In this document: in pieces, positions 49,201-62,919 of the stretch
How the letters are laid out: every line of letters begins with the position of its first letter
Position numbering within the stretch: the first letter of the stretch is position 1
Assembly: GCA_013265495.1 (NCBI GenBank)
Contig: MU057801.1
Coordinates: 1,729,879-1,793,878 of the forward strand
Source: Vicugna vicugna
Lineage: Eukaryota
Direction of reading: 5' to 3'
Length of the DNA: 64,000 nucleotides
Program-made: the position numbers and the translations under genes
Notes under the pieces: generated by a model
What the model was told of the DNA's origin: nothing
What the model saw: the letters and a program-made list of their open reading frames with translations, nothing else
Databases searched by the model: none

Positions 49201-52200
49201 CGTGGTCCACAGCTGAATTTTCTAAAGCCATCCTCGGAGATTTTCTCAAAGTCCATGTGAGTCAGGAAACTTCACGTTGGCTGAAGGCTGGTGGCTGACG
49301 GACAATGTCGCTCAGGATCGGTCAGGCACGCAGTGTCCTCACACCCACTGTGTTCCCCCTGCCCAGAATTACAGAAAGCAGGGCCAGTTCGTGCGGCATT
49401 TACACAGCATCTTGGGATGGACAGGAACAGAGGGCCAGAGGCTCGCTCAGCTCAGAGGCACCGACTGGTTCCCTCCACTAACCTTCTGTAAGCAGTCAAA
49501 CCAATTCAGAGTCTTCTACCCAAGACACGGGAAGTCTCTCAGGGTGCTTACCTGTGCAAGCAGGAGCCTGACAGGAGGAGTGAGATTCAAAGCAGAGATC
49601 AGTCCCCTCCAGGCCCCAGGGATCCCAACACTCAGTGGCCAAACGTGGTCATGGAAACGCGGGTCCCCTGGGAGCACCCTTGTCATGACAACGCCTTACA
49701 TTCTGGGGATGCACTTCAAGTGGGAGTTCCTCCAGGAGGCCTATTAATGTTGGTTGAAGGAATGAGTGATTAATCAGAGCATCATCTACAGTTGGGGTTC
49801 AGATCAACTCAGGGACAAGACTAGGGGGATACGCAGCCAAAGGAGCCCCAAAAATCACACCCGTCAATGGCTGAGCTGCTGAGGGGCAGAGGCCATCAGA
49901 AGGCAGGGTCTTGATTATGGGGGAGAATGACTTTAAAAACCCTTGGCCAGGGCCCCCCGAAAGGCAGGGCTCGGATGCCTCCTGGTTCAGATCATCGGCT
50001 CTGTCGTCAGCGTTTTCTGTATAAAACAGAGACGCACACCAGCGGGTGTTCTGCACGTACCCAGTGTGCGAAAAAAGGCTTTGCCCGGGATGGAGAAGCT
50101 CCCAGCAGACCCCGTCTCTCCAGGTGTGGTTTCCTGCATTGGTGTCTGTACCTACCCTCTACCCTCCTGCGCTTGGCTTAGAAAGGTGCATCCCTAAAAA
50201 GCGAAGTGCGCTGTTTTGTCTTTCTGCTGGTTTTTGCTGTTTGTCTTCCTTTCAAAGACTGTTCTAGGCCCTTGTCCCCCGACCTAAGCTCTCTCTGTTC
50301 TCAGTTTGACTTGGGGGATAAATGTTTTGGTTCAGGAATCACTCTGTGTTACCTCAAGGTGGGCACCTTGATTTTTAACAACTGTTTGAAGATCAGCTGA
50401 GGTTCCAGGACTCAGTCTCTCCATATTACAGGAGGGGAAACCGAGGCTCGGAGCAATCCAGCCCCTTGTCTTCCTCCAGTCTCCCCATTTCTGTCCCCTC
50501 CCCCTCCCCTCCCCAACACTGTCCCCTAGAGGCACTGGATTGAGAATCAGACGTATGGTCCCTCACCTTGTGCCCACTTACAAAGACGTGTGGCCTGCAC
50601 CAGGCTGCCTAAGCTCCCTGAGCCTCAGTCTCTCCATCTATGAAATGGGGAGACTCCTCCCCCAAATGCTTGTCCACGCACGTTTCCCACGCCGACTGTT
50701 GGCCCATCCGGCTCTCTCTCTGCTTTTTCTCTGAATGAGGTTTTCCAAGCACGGTAGAGTCCCGGGTCCCAGCATCCCGCCCGCCTGCCTTCCGTGGATC
50801 TCAGAGTCAAGATGACCGCGTCCTCAGAGTCCAAGCTCTCCTGTGGTCCTCGCGGCCTCACCGCTCAGGCCGTCTCCCCACCAGCAGCACCGGCAGCACC
50901 GAGCCCGCATGTTAACCGGAGTGGGACACGGGTGTGAGCGCACAGAGCGGAGAGGCTCTGCTCGGATGCTGCCGTTTTCTCCCCATCAGATCCCAGGAGC
51001 TTCTGCTTGCACGGCTGCACTCAGCCGGCCAATCCTCTGCCCAGTTCATCCTGCTCACCCCTCAGTGTTCCCCTGCCTCCTCCTCCGGGGAGCCCGCTGA
51101 GACTTGTGTATCTTTTGGACACACTTGGCAAAGCTGTAATGAATTCAGGACCCCAGTCCCAGCTGCTGCCACAGGGCAGAAGTAACCCATCCTCCCCGCA
51201 GTAACACACGACTCCCTGGCCTGGGGACGGGCTCACACCCGCATTCACCACGCACACCACCGCCTGTATGAAACAGGATGTTCTAAGGCTGTGAGGACAA
51301 GCTGCAAAGGGCTTTTCTCATATTTAAGGACAGCACTAACAGTGACTTCTGTCCGGCTACGCCCCATCCTTGGGCACACGGGGGGCACCTGGCCCTCCTC
51401 TGTGGCTCCACGTGTGAATAGAGCCACATGGGCTGCAGACCAGGAAGAGGCTTCCACTCACCCCATTTAACATCATGATGTGTATCAGCGAACAAGCCTG
51501 CTGACAACTTAATAACAAAAATCATAATCGAATGAAGTCACAACTCTCCCGTCACCACCTCCAAAGAGGCCGCGTGGCGGGGAGAGGGCGCCGCCTGTGC
51601 GTGTGGGGAGTCAGCGCTTCTTTGGGGACCCGGGATGCTGGTCACCCCCGTGGGCCCTGCGTCAGTGCCTCCCCACCCACCCGGGCAGTAGCATCACCCG
51701 AAGAACTTCCACCAGGCGCGAGAGCCAGGTCCTGCTCCCGAGGCCCCCATTCCGCTGGTCTGCGGCGGGGCCAGGAACTCCCCAGATGACGTCAGCGTGC
51801 ACACGCCACCACCAACCCTTGCTCTGTACTCCTGGAATCCTGGTGGGAGGGGGCTAAGGGGAGAGAGGATGGAGGCCCAGAGAGGTTAAGTCACTCACCC
51901 AGAGGTCACACAGCTTAAGCAGTGCCTGAGCCAGGACAGCCCCTAAGAGGCAGGATCCTCACTCACCCTGCTGCCTCCTCGGGCTCCCTCTGCCCCTCAT
52001 CTCTCCCCTTTTCTGCTGGGCACGTGTCGTGTGGACACTGTCCTGTGAGCTCCCCGAGTCACATGATGGAAATCCAGCCCCACCGAGTGAAGAGCAGGGA
52101 CCTCGGCCGGGGTCGTCAGGGTCAGCGCAGAGCCGGCTCCCCCAGGGCAGGGAAGTGAGGTCTCCCCCACAGCGGGGAGGCCCCCAGACAGCAAGGGAGT

Positions 52201-52389
52201 CCCTCCCGGTCCCTCTGCCTCTCCAGACACAGACCTTTGATTGCACTGGGGGCCGCAAAGTTATAGAAAATCAGCTTCCACTTTGTGTCCCTTCCACCCG
52301 CCCTCGGCAGTGCCGCAGAGTGCAGCTTGGAGGAGCCACTGCCCACCTGCACTGCGCTGGCTCCCGGTGCCCACGGGACAAAGCCTGAC

Positions 52390-52990
52390 TCTTAGCCGGA
52401 TGTCCATCTCTCTCCTCGGGCCTTAATGCCCAGTGTCCTGCACACTAATCCATTTCACAGAACTTGGGTGCTGCCAAGCCAGTCTATTAATTATTCCCAA
52501 ATTAATCATTTCCCAGCATCCCTTGCTCACGTCGTTTCTCGGGATTTGGAAACATTAACTCTCCACTAGCAGGTCTCTGTCCTTCACCTTTCAGGGACCC
52601 TTTAAAGGCCACTGTCTCCACCAGACATCCTGCTCTAGACAGTGACCCTGACCCAAATCCTTCGATTATTTGTCTGTTGCTGCCCCAGGGCCTTTGCATT
52701 TGCTTTGGTTCATCTTTCTCATGAACAGCTCCTTCTAAAGTCTCCTTCCCCCGCCCCCAGGGACAGTCTTCCACCTCCTGTTTTACCTCCTGCCTGTGCA
52801 CATCACCACCTGAAGTCACCTTGACCTTGTCCACATGTGTGTACCTGCCTGGCCCTACTTAAATGTGGACTCCAAGTGCAGGACTTCCTCTGTCTTGCTC
52901 AAGTCTGTCCCCCCAGGACCACGCGTTAAACGAGCGCACAGGGGTCTCAGCCAATGGCACTGCAGTGGACTAGCGCGTGGATGCAGTGAT
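52390..52990 (+). mobile_element. L2 LINE fragment
   Basis: ccccagggcctttgcatttgct...aaatgtggactccaagtgcaggacttcctctgtcttgctc...gtccccccaggacc. Confidence 0.6.
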
Positions 52991-53396
52991 TTGTAGCCAC
53001 TGTTGCCGGACACACTTCTGTCCCGGACGATGCCCTCTGGGCTTGTCATCCGGCCCACGCCTGGTTTCTGCTCAACACCTGGGGTGATGTCTACCCGTCA
53101 CCTCCCCCGGTGAGCCCCTCTTCTCACCAATTGGATGGTAAATGCGTTCAGCGACGGGGCCTTAGACGCCCGACTTCAGTCGTGAGCCGCAGGGCTCGGG
53201 AAGCAGGGGAGGCTGCTACGGGGCCCCTCCCTGTGGTCCAGGAGGCCCGCCCTGTGGTTTACGGGGTGAGAGACAACCTGCTCTTGCCCAGCGTGAGGAT
53301 GGGCTGTTTTGAAAACAAAAGCAGCTGTTGTGTCTGCAATGACATTGCGTCACAACACTTTATACATTAATCTGCAAAATAAATCACAGGTGAGGG

Positions 53397-53596
53397 CAGG
53401 GATCGGAAACTACGACCCCTGGGCCCAAGGCACCAGCCACCTGCTGTCTTCTGGTGCAAGAGCTAAGAACAGATTTCGTGGTTTTAAATGGTAACATTTT
53501 AAACGGCGATTTAATCACACAGCTGATGTTCCTGAATTTTCCCTCTTGCCCCTCAGTTTACTCGCAGGTTCTTTAAGGAAAGTTTCCCAACCCCTG
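53397..53596. mobile_element. MER58-family hAT-Charlie element with terminal inverted repeats
   Basis: cagggatcggaaact...gagctaagaa...ttttaaatggt...aaagtttcccaacccctg. Confidence 0.75.
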
Positions 53597-56500
53597 GTTC
53601 AGAGGAAATTTCGTCTTCCAAAAATTTTACAAACCAATAAGTGGCTGTTTTGTGTCGTTGCTCAGGGTGACGTGGATGTGTGTATGACACACTCGCACAG
53701 GACAGAGACGGCTAACGCTGCAGGGAGGGGGTTTGCTCAAGGAGCAGGCTGTGCACCGCCGGACAGGGACAAGCTGTGAGGTCAGCAGGCAGGTTCAGCA
53801 GCCGATGAGGGTGGGGGACCCTGTGCAGAAGGGGACGATCCAGTCCTGTGTGCTCGTGGCTGAAAACGCCTGTTGAGACATTCCAGCTCATTTTCTCTCA
53901 TCAGTATTAAGAGCGGGCTGTTGAGGTCTCCCGTTTAATTAAGCAGGATGTCAGCATCACCACCCTTCCCATCAAATCAGCACCTGCGGGTTCCCTGGAC
54001 CAGCTGAGGACCCAGCTCTTCCTCCAGCCGCAGGTCTGCGCGCGTCCACTTGGAGGCACCGTGGAACCATGTCTGCGATCAGAGCAGGCTAAAACAAAAT
54101 CAATAAACCAACAGTATCTCCATCCCCAGCTCAGGCTGAATATAACTTCTATCTGCATCACCTGCCCAAATCTGTAATTTTTGCAAATACTATAGTAACA
54201 ATGATCTGATGTTTACATTATTGAGAACGAAGGGGTTTCAGGTGAGATTTTTCCAGCCAGAGAGAATTAGACTTAAACGCTGTCCCCTTTCAGGTCAAAG
54301 GACTCGGAGGACTGGTGACCTGGGGAAGCTGGGAGCTCGGGGGCCACCACCTCACTGTCTCTGAAAGGAACGCACATCACAGGGGACTGGGGCTGTCAAC
54401 TGTGTTTCTGCACCACATGGACACCTAGTCTGGAGGAAGAAACCATTCTGAGTGGCTTCAAATTCCCTGGGAGTCACATGCAAACGGTGTCCTTCTGATA
54501 AGAAAACTATTCTTGTCATCTGGTCCTTCGTGGCCTGGGAAACATCTACTGATGATTAGGACCCTAATTTTTTTATAGGTCTTTATCATTTTTCTGAACT
54601 TTTCACTTGCGTGTTTCATTTTATCTCCTATAACATACCCGGGCTAGTATGGGGTTGAAATGAATGTCCCCGAATTAAATGGTGCACTTTATGACGTCTG
54701 GCCCAGCACTGCCTGTCCCTTGACTGCCTTTCAGAGGCTGCGTTAGTTTACTTTGAACATCTGTGCGCCCTCCTTTCAACAGCACCGTCTTTCTGAAATA
54801 CACGAAGCGTGACCGTGTGATGGAAACAGATGTCGCTGGGCTGTTTGGAGCCATCAATCGTTAGGACCTAAAGCCCTTGTGATGCACCTGGTTCTGAGAA
54901 GCTCCCCAAGAGCGAAGGTGGGGCACTCTCCTTGGGGTCCTCCTGCATTTTCTGACACAAAGACAAACATCACCAACTCCATTTAGACCATATCCTGCTA
55001 CTGAGCGATCCCTCCACCTGCGTCCAGGCTGACAGGCTTGCATTTCTCCTCCCGGGTTTGAACAAATGTTACCAGTACCAGGGCTTTTAGAATTATTACC
55101 AGACAATAATTTCGCCAGCCCTCTGGGTTTAGCAAACAATACTTGGGGTTAGCCCGTTCTGATCTCCCGCTAATCCAGGATAATTGCTTGCGGTTTCCTG
55201 GGGAATCTGAGCATCTCAAAGCCGGATTCACCGAATGGCTCTATGGGACGGGGTTTGGGGGCCGTTTGGCCTCGACCAGCAAACCTGTTTTTAGCAGAAG
55301 ATCTATCGCAAAAGTACCTCTTCCTTCGATGACTACCAATGGCCAACTCCCCGTAAATCAGGTGCATTTACTGGGCAAATCTGAGGTGCTGTTTCACAAA
55401 CTCCCCACATCCTCCCTCCACCTTCCCTCCCATAGCGTGTCCTTCCTGTTAGATATCTGGTCAACCCTGGCCAGTGGCCGGCAAGCTTGGCTCTCTGCTG
55501 CGGGAGGATTTGAGTAGGTCTGAGGGGCAGGGGCATCCCTGGGCTTGGCCTCGTGGTTTCTGGGACGGAACATCAGGGTTTGTCCCCTCCAGCCCCGGAC
55601 CAGTGGACACAGAAAGGTGAGGGGCACGGACAGGACCTCATGAGGGGTGTTAGTCGGAGCAGTGAGCTTTTCGGTTGGTTCAGAGCTTACTTTCCAGAAG
55701 TAAGGGGCGTGAGTCTGGCCTGTTCTCAGTGTTGTCTCACGGGGCACGTTGATTCCAGTCCTCCGGCCCTGAGGACTGAATGGTGACCACACACACACAC
55801 AAAGCTGCTGCTCTGAGGAGCTGGGTCCCCTGTGAGGTGGCCACCGCCCCGATCGGGCAGCTGAGGACGCAAGGGCTCAGGGAGGGGTGACAAGACCCCA
55901 ACGCCCGCGGAGCCCGAGGGCCACGCCCGGGCTGAGTCTGAGCCCGCACTTGGGCGCCTGGGCTCTGCCCTCAGCAGCGTCAGTGCTCGGCCAGGCGCGT
56001 CCCTCGCCTTCAGGCCCTGATGCGCCCAGGGCAGGTCGGTGGAGAGAGGAGAAAGGGTCCCGTGGGGCATTTATGCAGAGACGATTCCAGAAGGGCACGG
56101 AATCGTCCAGAGGCACCTGGGGACAGCGGCTACCTGGCTCTGTCTCTCGCTCTTTAAACCTCTGGGAGTTTCGATGGATTTTGTCAACCTATAGATCACA
56201 GAATTTTTATCTTTTAAGTTATAAACTACCCTGGGGGGGTTGTTATGTGTGGCTTACTGAGCATTAAAGAATGTTTGCTTCATACCAGACCACAGGCTGC
56301 TGAGGGCCAATGTGTTCCCTCAAGTTCTGAGCAGGGACCCCCGGTGGTCTTCCCTCTGATCTGCCGCCACAACGGAAGCCATGAGACCGTAGCAGGACGT
56401 TACAAAACAGCCTGCAAGCTGAAGTGTTCAGGAAAGCAGAAATACATGAAAATCCAACAAAAAATGTGGTGACAGCCCGGGGTTCTTTTGCCAAATGGAG

Positions 56501-56646
56501 ATGTAATTGTATCCCTGGCAATGGTGTCATTTAGAAATTTCTTTTAGTCAGTTTCTTTCATATTTTGGCGTCACTGTTTTTTCTTATTTGTTTTCAGGTC
56601 CCTAAGGTGACGGACGTGTGAACAACTTAGAACACTTGTACTGGTG

Positions 56647-56665
56647 GGGCCACCAGGGGGCGTGT
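56647..56665 (+). promoter_or_regulatory. CTCF core motif
   Basis: GGGCCACCAGGGGGCGTG is a near-perfect match to the core consensus TGGCCACCAGGGGGCGC. Confidence 0.7.
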
Positions 56666-57400
56666 TAGCCCAGCAAACATCCGCGAGGTCCAGGGCCGGC
56701 ACCACCGTGCACTTGGGGAGGCGGGTGAAGAATAGGGACTTCCCTTTGAGACCGATTGAGGGTAAGTAAAGACGGCGGTGAGCACGTCAGGTGTGGCTGC
56801 AGGGAGATGAGGAGGGGGAGGGTAATTCAGGAAGGGAACTCTTTGGCTCAACGCAGCCAGGTTGTGCCTGTCTTCCCTCTGTGGCCCACAGGTGAGGTGG
56901 TGGCAGAGGCCGAGGAGGGGGTGGCCTCCTGAGACCTTAGGAGGGAGGCTTGGCCCTCCCCCTCCACTCCCAAAGGGGCAGCGATCTAATGAGAAAATGG
57001 CAGGGCTGTGCTTTGTGCTGAGCGGCTCCAGGCTGGCGGCCACCGGACCACTCTCCGAGGACCTGGCCTTGAGGCTCCGCCTCTTCAAGGGTAAATCCAG
57101 GACGGCCAGGGCGGAGCCACGAGAGCCCAAGTCACCACTCTTGTTGCCTCTTTGCTGAGTCCGATGGCGAGGCACTGGGAGATGAGAGGAGAGATGCAGT
57201 GTTAAGTCCAGGAGAGTAATGAGATGGGGGCTTCTCACCTCAGGGCTCCTTATTCCTGTTGCTCAGTCCTGCCTTGGGGGGTGCCCCATGGGGCTCTGCA
57301 GAATCACCGAATGGCTGCCCCAGCTGCTTCCATGGTCTCTGGTTCTGCTGAATGCACCAGAGAAGGACTGGCTCCCTTTCCCAGGACCCCCTCCCCTGGT

Positions 57401-57470
57401 CAGCATCTCCACCAGCATCTCCACCAGCATCTCCCACCAGCATCTCCCACCAGCATCTCCACCAGCATCC
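57401..57470. repeat. Minisatellite (cagcatctcc[c]ac) about 6 copies
   Basis: 12-13 bp unit directly visible. Confidence 0.93.
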
Positions 57471-58174
57471 CTGGGCAGAGCCTCTTCACCCCAGCAGTGG
57501 CAGCTCCTTCTTAGTGGCAGCTGAACCCCATTTGCCACTTTCCACCACTTCCGGAAGCTACCCTGTCCCGCCCCCTCCCAGCCTCCCACACAAGCTGCTT
57601 CTCCTCCGAGCTCCCGGAAGGTCAACACAGCCTCTTCCTGGAGGCACCCCGGCCCAAGGGGGCAGCCGCCTCTGCTGTTGTGACCTTTGGCACCTCAGGG
57701 CCCCCCTTTGCCCTTTCAGCTCTGTGTTAATAGCACTAATTCTCTCTATCAAGCTGCCACGGTTTGCTTCTCGGGCTGACCCGCGCTCTGCCCATCGCCT
57801 GGCAGCCCGTCGAGACTGCAGATAATTTGAGCTTCAAGTGTGAATTGGAGGAAATGTGGAAAAGGCAGGAGCAGAGCTAGAAGTGGGCAGCAGCATCCTG
57901 TTAGAGTGAACACGCACTCCAGACGGGGAGGAAGGACGAAAACCTTGAGGACCCGAGGTGAGTGTCGGCAGGTGGGGCCTGGCCCACCGAGAGGTCGGGG
58001 GTGGAGGGGGCGCTGATTCTCACGGCACTGCCTTCCCTTCCGGACCTTTCTCCCCCTCAGTATGCACCTGCTCTCGTCCCCGGGTAGCACCTCCCTGGAG
58101 AATGACGTCTGGGTCATGGTCACACCAGATACAACCCGCTGACAAAACTTTAATACCTCATACAGAAACTTGCA

Positions 58175-58440
58175 TTTAAAAATTACCTCCAGGACTGAAA
58201 TCCCCAACCCGGACAACGCCGAGCGCTGGTCAGGCTGTGCAGCAGCAGGAGCCCCCTCCCCGCCGCGGGGTGGGCGCCCATCGTCCGGGCCCCTCCCAGA
58301 CACACCGGCCGCGACGGCACGCGGCTCTCAGGGCCTCCCGGCGCCAGCTAGCGTAAAGTGAGCCATCACACCAGCTGCTATAAATGCTTACTCTCCGGGC
58401 ATGACCGCGAGCACATGAAGGTCACACTTTACACCAGACG
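58175..58440 (+). mobile_element. Old L1M ORF2-end fragment converted to CpG-rich sequence
   Basis: aaatccccaacccggacaacgccgagcgctggtcaggctgtgcagcagcaggagccc parallels the recalled L1M aaatccaaaacactgacaacaccaaatgctggcgaggatgtggagcaacaggaactc. Confidence 0.65.
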
Positions 58441-59500
58441 CTCAGTTTAACGCCCTCCTAGCTGCCACCTAACACACAAACGCGCAAACACCCAACCCCT
58501 CAACCCGGCAACTTCCTGCTTCATTCAGAGCAAAGCTTCAGCACAGATGCTCTGTGAGGTCAGGGCCACCCCTTAAATTCAGCCAGGGGCTCATAAGGAG
58601 GCAGCCTCCTGCAAGTCCGACACCAGCCTGTCTCACAGAAACACAACGCGAGCCACAAAGGCAACACGTAAAGTGTGTCTGCACAGTTGAGCAAACACGG
58701 AATGTCTGCCCAAGACCATGGTTCTGAAAACGGCGAGATGTCTGAAAACACATGGCAGCCCTTGATTTCTGTCCTTATCTCAGGGCCCCCGCCGAAGGGG
58801 GAGCTGCCGCTGTCGACCGAGCCTGAGAGCCGGCAAGGTCTGCTGATCCCCACGGCTGCACCATTGGACCCCGGTGGCCACACACTGGATTGGCCGGCAA
58901 TTTTTATGACCTGATACTTCTTACTCCATTGTGACGTTAACATCTGTTTCCAACGTAGTTCATGCAAGATCCTTGGAGCAAGTTCTAGGTCAGCCAGAAG
59001 AATTTAGATCACATCCCCTGTGACTCCCTAAATCAATGCATTATACTGCAAACTGGTGGGCTGTGCTGTCTAACTCAAATGTGGAATTAAGAGACCATCC
59101 CGTCTCGGAGCTCTGACTGGTGGATTTCTGCACACTCACCTTTCTTCGCTTCAGGTTTTATCATCTGACAAGTGGGCGTGATATCCACCTGGCGCGTACG
59201 TTAAATGCAATAATCTAAGAGAAGGTTTTGGTTCGGTGTCAGGCATGTGACGGAGTCTCAATAACTATTATTTTCCCTTCTCGCCCCAGACACACACACA
59301 CTCAGGCACATGCACAAACTCACCTGCACACACACTTACACATACACACTGCTCACATGCATGAAGACCCATATACACCGAGTGAAGACAGACGAGGACG
59401 GCGGCCCGTGACACCACCGTGCACATGTGGATACTTCAGACAGCACTGGGGACAGAAGGAACATGGATCCAGATATCAAAAACCTGGTTCTTTAAAAAAA

Positions 59501-59997
59501 TTTTTTTTTTAATTGCAGAACACTTGATTTACAGTGTTGTGCTAGTTTCTGGTCTACAGCATAGGGCTCAGTTGTACACGTACATATATAGATTCTTTTT
59601 CATGATAGGTTATTACGAGCTATTGAATACAGTTCCCTGTGCCACAAAGAAGGCACTTGTTGTTTATTTTATATGTAGTAGTTGGTATCTGCTAATGCCA
59701 GACTCCCAATTTATCCCTCCCCCCCTTTCCCATTTGGTAACCAAAAGTTTATGTTCTACGCCTGTGAGTCTGTTTCTGTTTCATAAATAAGTTCATTTGT
59801 GTCATATTTTAGATTCCACATGTAAGTGATATCATACAGTATTTGTCTTTCTCTGATTTACTTCGCTTAGTATGACCATCTCCAGGTCCATCCATGTTGC
59901 TGCAAATGGCATTATTTTATTCTTTTTCATGGCTGAGCAGTGTTCCACTGCATGTGCGTACCACGCCCTCTTTACCCAGTCACCTGTCGATGAACAG
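59501..59997 (-). mobile_element. L1 3' end including T-tail
   Basis: Antisense tail, then ttgatttacagtgttgtgctagtttctggt...tccaggtccatccatgttgctgcaaatggcattattttattctttttcatggctgag. Confidence 0.92.
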
Positions 59998-61819
59998 ACA
60001 CCTGGCTCTTACCCCCCTGCATTGCTCTTTGCTGTGTTGTCTGCTGTGCAGCACAGAATGCTCTGGGCCCAGTGTCCTCACGTGCAAGGTGAAGGCATGG
60101 AAGATAGCTGCAGCTTCCGGGGCTGGAAAATTGTTCCTGGACAAACGTGAGCAATGGCTTCAGAGTCTGAAGGTCTTGAGTTCCAGCCCAGCGTCATCTG
60201 GGGTAGCTCACTCATTTGGAAGCCCTGCTTTCTCCTCGGTGACAGTGGAGCATCTGCCTGCCCCGGTGGGTCTTTCTGAGGATTAAATGAAATCCTGAAC
60301 ACATCTAACCACTCTGACATCCAACAGAAGGACAGATGGCACCCCCAGGTGACCCTCCCACTTCTCACACAGACGCCCCACTCCCTCCCCAGACAGGGAA
60401 GCAGAAATATCCCTGCCTCCTCTGGATGAACTTCACACTGTGTTCAAACATTATGTAAGGTAAAAAAAAAAAAAAAAAGAAGGAAACCGCTCACGCCCAC
60501 TCTGGTACACCTTGGTGTTTGCCATTATTAGAACAGCAAACTGAATGCTATTGATTCAGAGGGTTTGTGGTTTACCGACCTGGGGCGGCTAAGTTCCTCT
60601 TCCTCCCCCCCGTGACTCATGAATACACATCAAATCCTAAATAGTTTATTTACCGTTTGAACAGTTTTTTGCTTCTTGTCCCAGTTCCCTTTGGGCAGAT
60701 AACCTGGATGCTTCCCGGACTCACAAAAGCAATGCAAGGAAAGAAATGCTGTTTTAGAATAAAGGAAGACATAAGACCATGAATTTTATTGGGGGAGGGG
60801 GACCAAAAGACCCTCAGTAGAAGGACTTACATGAAAAACATCTCAGTTCCAATTTATGTCCCAGTGTAATGTACCTTTCACTCCAAAAGTGTCCCAGAGT
60901 GAATGAGAAATTATACAGTAACTTCACTCAGAAGCGGGGCGCTCGCTTAGCTGAGGCTGAGACAAAGATGGGGGAGAGGACGGGGCGGGACTCTGGCTTC
61001 CCAGTGGCGGGTGGAGGGGTTTCTTGTGAGCTCTGCCAACCCGCCTGCTCCATCAAGATGTGGTCCTGGGCCAGCAGCGCCACCTCCAGGAGCTCGTCCC
61101 CAAAACAGAATCTCAGACCCCACCCCCAACCCACTGAACCAAGACCTGTGTTTTAACAGGCCCTCAGGAGATCCCGAGTTCAGCCCAGCCAGAGAGCAGC
61201 TCCCAGGGACCCCACCGGGAGCACGTGGGCCTGGGCTTCGGGACTTCATCAGCCGTTCCCTGGAAGTTACGGGATAACTTTCCCAAAGCCTTGGGGTGAG
61301 AGGACCTCAGAGTTGAAAAGACCTTCCCCCAGCATGGTTAATGCTGAGCTTCCTCTGAGGGACCCCACCTGGAGGCCCCACTGTGAGTACCTGGCCCCCG
61401 GGAAAGGCTTTTCAAAGGTACTTCCTCAGGGCAGGTTGGAACTCGGTTCTCCAGAAACACCACTTCCTGGCCCACTGCTTACATGATGGAGCCACTCAGA
61501 GAAGAGACAGCGTCCCTCCTCTATGAAGGTTTTTGGGACACTCAAACAACTCCCAAATTTCATCTCATATTGGTTCCTTCCTGAAGAGCCCTGGTGGGTT
61601 CAGAGCCCCTCCGTGGAGGAACAGCACCCCTCGGTGGCCGGGCCGCAGGAGACCACGCCCGTGGGAGGAGACAGCGTTACCTTCATGGTCTCTGATGTGC
61701 TGAGGCCCTGAGAAGTTATAATTATCTGCTCGTTTCCCAGGATGCCCAGTGGAGACCTGAGGCCGGCTGGACCCTGGGCCTGGTCCTTACCTCCGACTGT
61801 TGAAGACGAGTGTTCACAT

Positions 61820-62405
61820 GGCAGGAGGTGGGACAGGAGGGAAGGGGACAGGGCATGGCCATTCAAGAAATAACAGCAGTTAAGTCCCAGACGGAGGGAG
61901 ATTCAACTCCAAACTGGCCTTGGGGCCCAGTGACCTTGAGCTGCATCACACGCTCATTGTAATGTATTAACACGGTAAACGGCGCTCCCACGGGCGCCAT
62001 GACAGTTCCAGGGCCGACCATAAAAGGTCAAAGAGCGGGCGGTGGCCCAATTCCTGGGAATCCAGCCCCTTCCCTGAGGAGGTCGGCATGGTCCTCCCAC
62101 TTGTTGGCATATGAAGCTCCCGAGCCCGTAAAAACTAACCGCCCCGCACCTCGGGGCCGCGCTCCCTTCTGTGTGAGACGCCGCACTGGGTCTATGGAGT
62201 GTGTGTTCTGAGCTCCCCCCACCACGCCGCATGGCCTGCCCCTGCACTCTGAAACAGCCTGCGCTCTATGGAGTATGGATCTCCCTAAATTAACCCCTAC
62301 CTTTACTCAGCTGCGGCTCCTGTGCGATGCCGAGGGCCAGCACCTGACGAGGCCCATTCCAGGGGCTCCACCGAGCCCTGGCACACGGCCCTCCTCTTGC
62401 CCCAC
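61820..62405 (+). mobile_element. MER41-like ERV1 solo LTR (cetartiodactyl type)
   Basis: gcgccatgacagttccagggccgaccataaaaggtcaaagagcgggcggtggcccaattcctgggaatcc...aaaaactaacc...tctatggagtgtgt. Ends are approximate. Confidence 0.75.
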
Positions 62406-62596
62406 ATTCGTTTTCCTGTATCAGCAGGGCTGAAGTCAAGGGTTTGGGTCTCCATCAGCAGTAACCACAAATCTTCATGAAACAAGTAGATTCCAGAGAC
62501 ACCAGCTACAGCAGAAAATGCCCAGACCATAGGCGCCGACCACTGAGAAGACACAATCTACCCCGAAGGTGGACCATAAGCCTGCAAATGTCAGCG

Positions 62597-62919
62597 CAGT
62601 CAGCGCCCTGTGTCTGTGGGTTCTGTATCCATGGATTCAACCAACTGTGGGTAGAAAATATCCTCCCGCCTTCCAAAAAATATTCCAGAAAATTCCAAAA
62701 AAGCAAAACTTGAATTGCTAAGCTGACAACTATTTACAGAGCATTCACGTTACATTAGCTATTGTAAGTCATCTAGAGAGGACCTAAAGTATACTGGAGG
62801 GTGCGTGTGGGTTGTACGCGAACACTGTGCCATTTCACACGAGAGACTTGCGCCTCCGAGGGCCTGGGTGTTGGCAGGTGTCATGGAACCAATCTCCCGC
62901 GGGCACCATGGGATGACTG
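62597..62919. mobile_element. MER2/Tigger2-family TcMar DNA transposon
   Basis: cagtcagcgccctgtgtctgtgggttctgtatccatggattcaaccaac...caactatttacagagcatt...ggaaccaatctcccgcgggcaccatgggatgactg with terminal inverted repeats. Confidence 0.8.
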
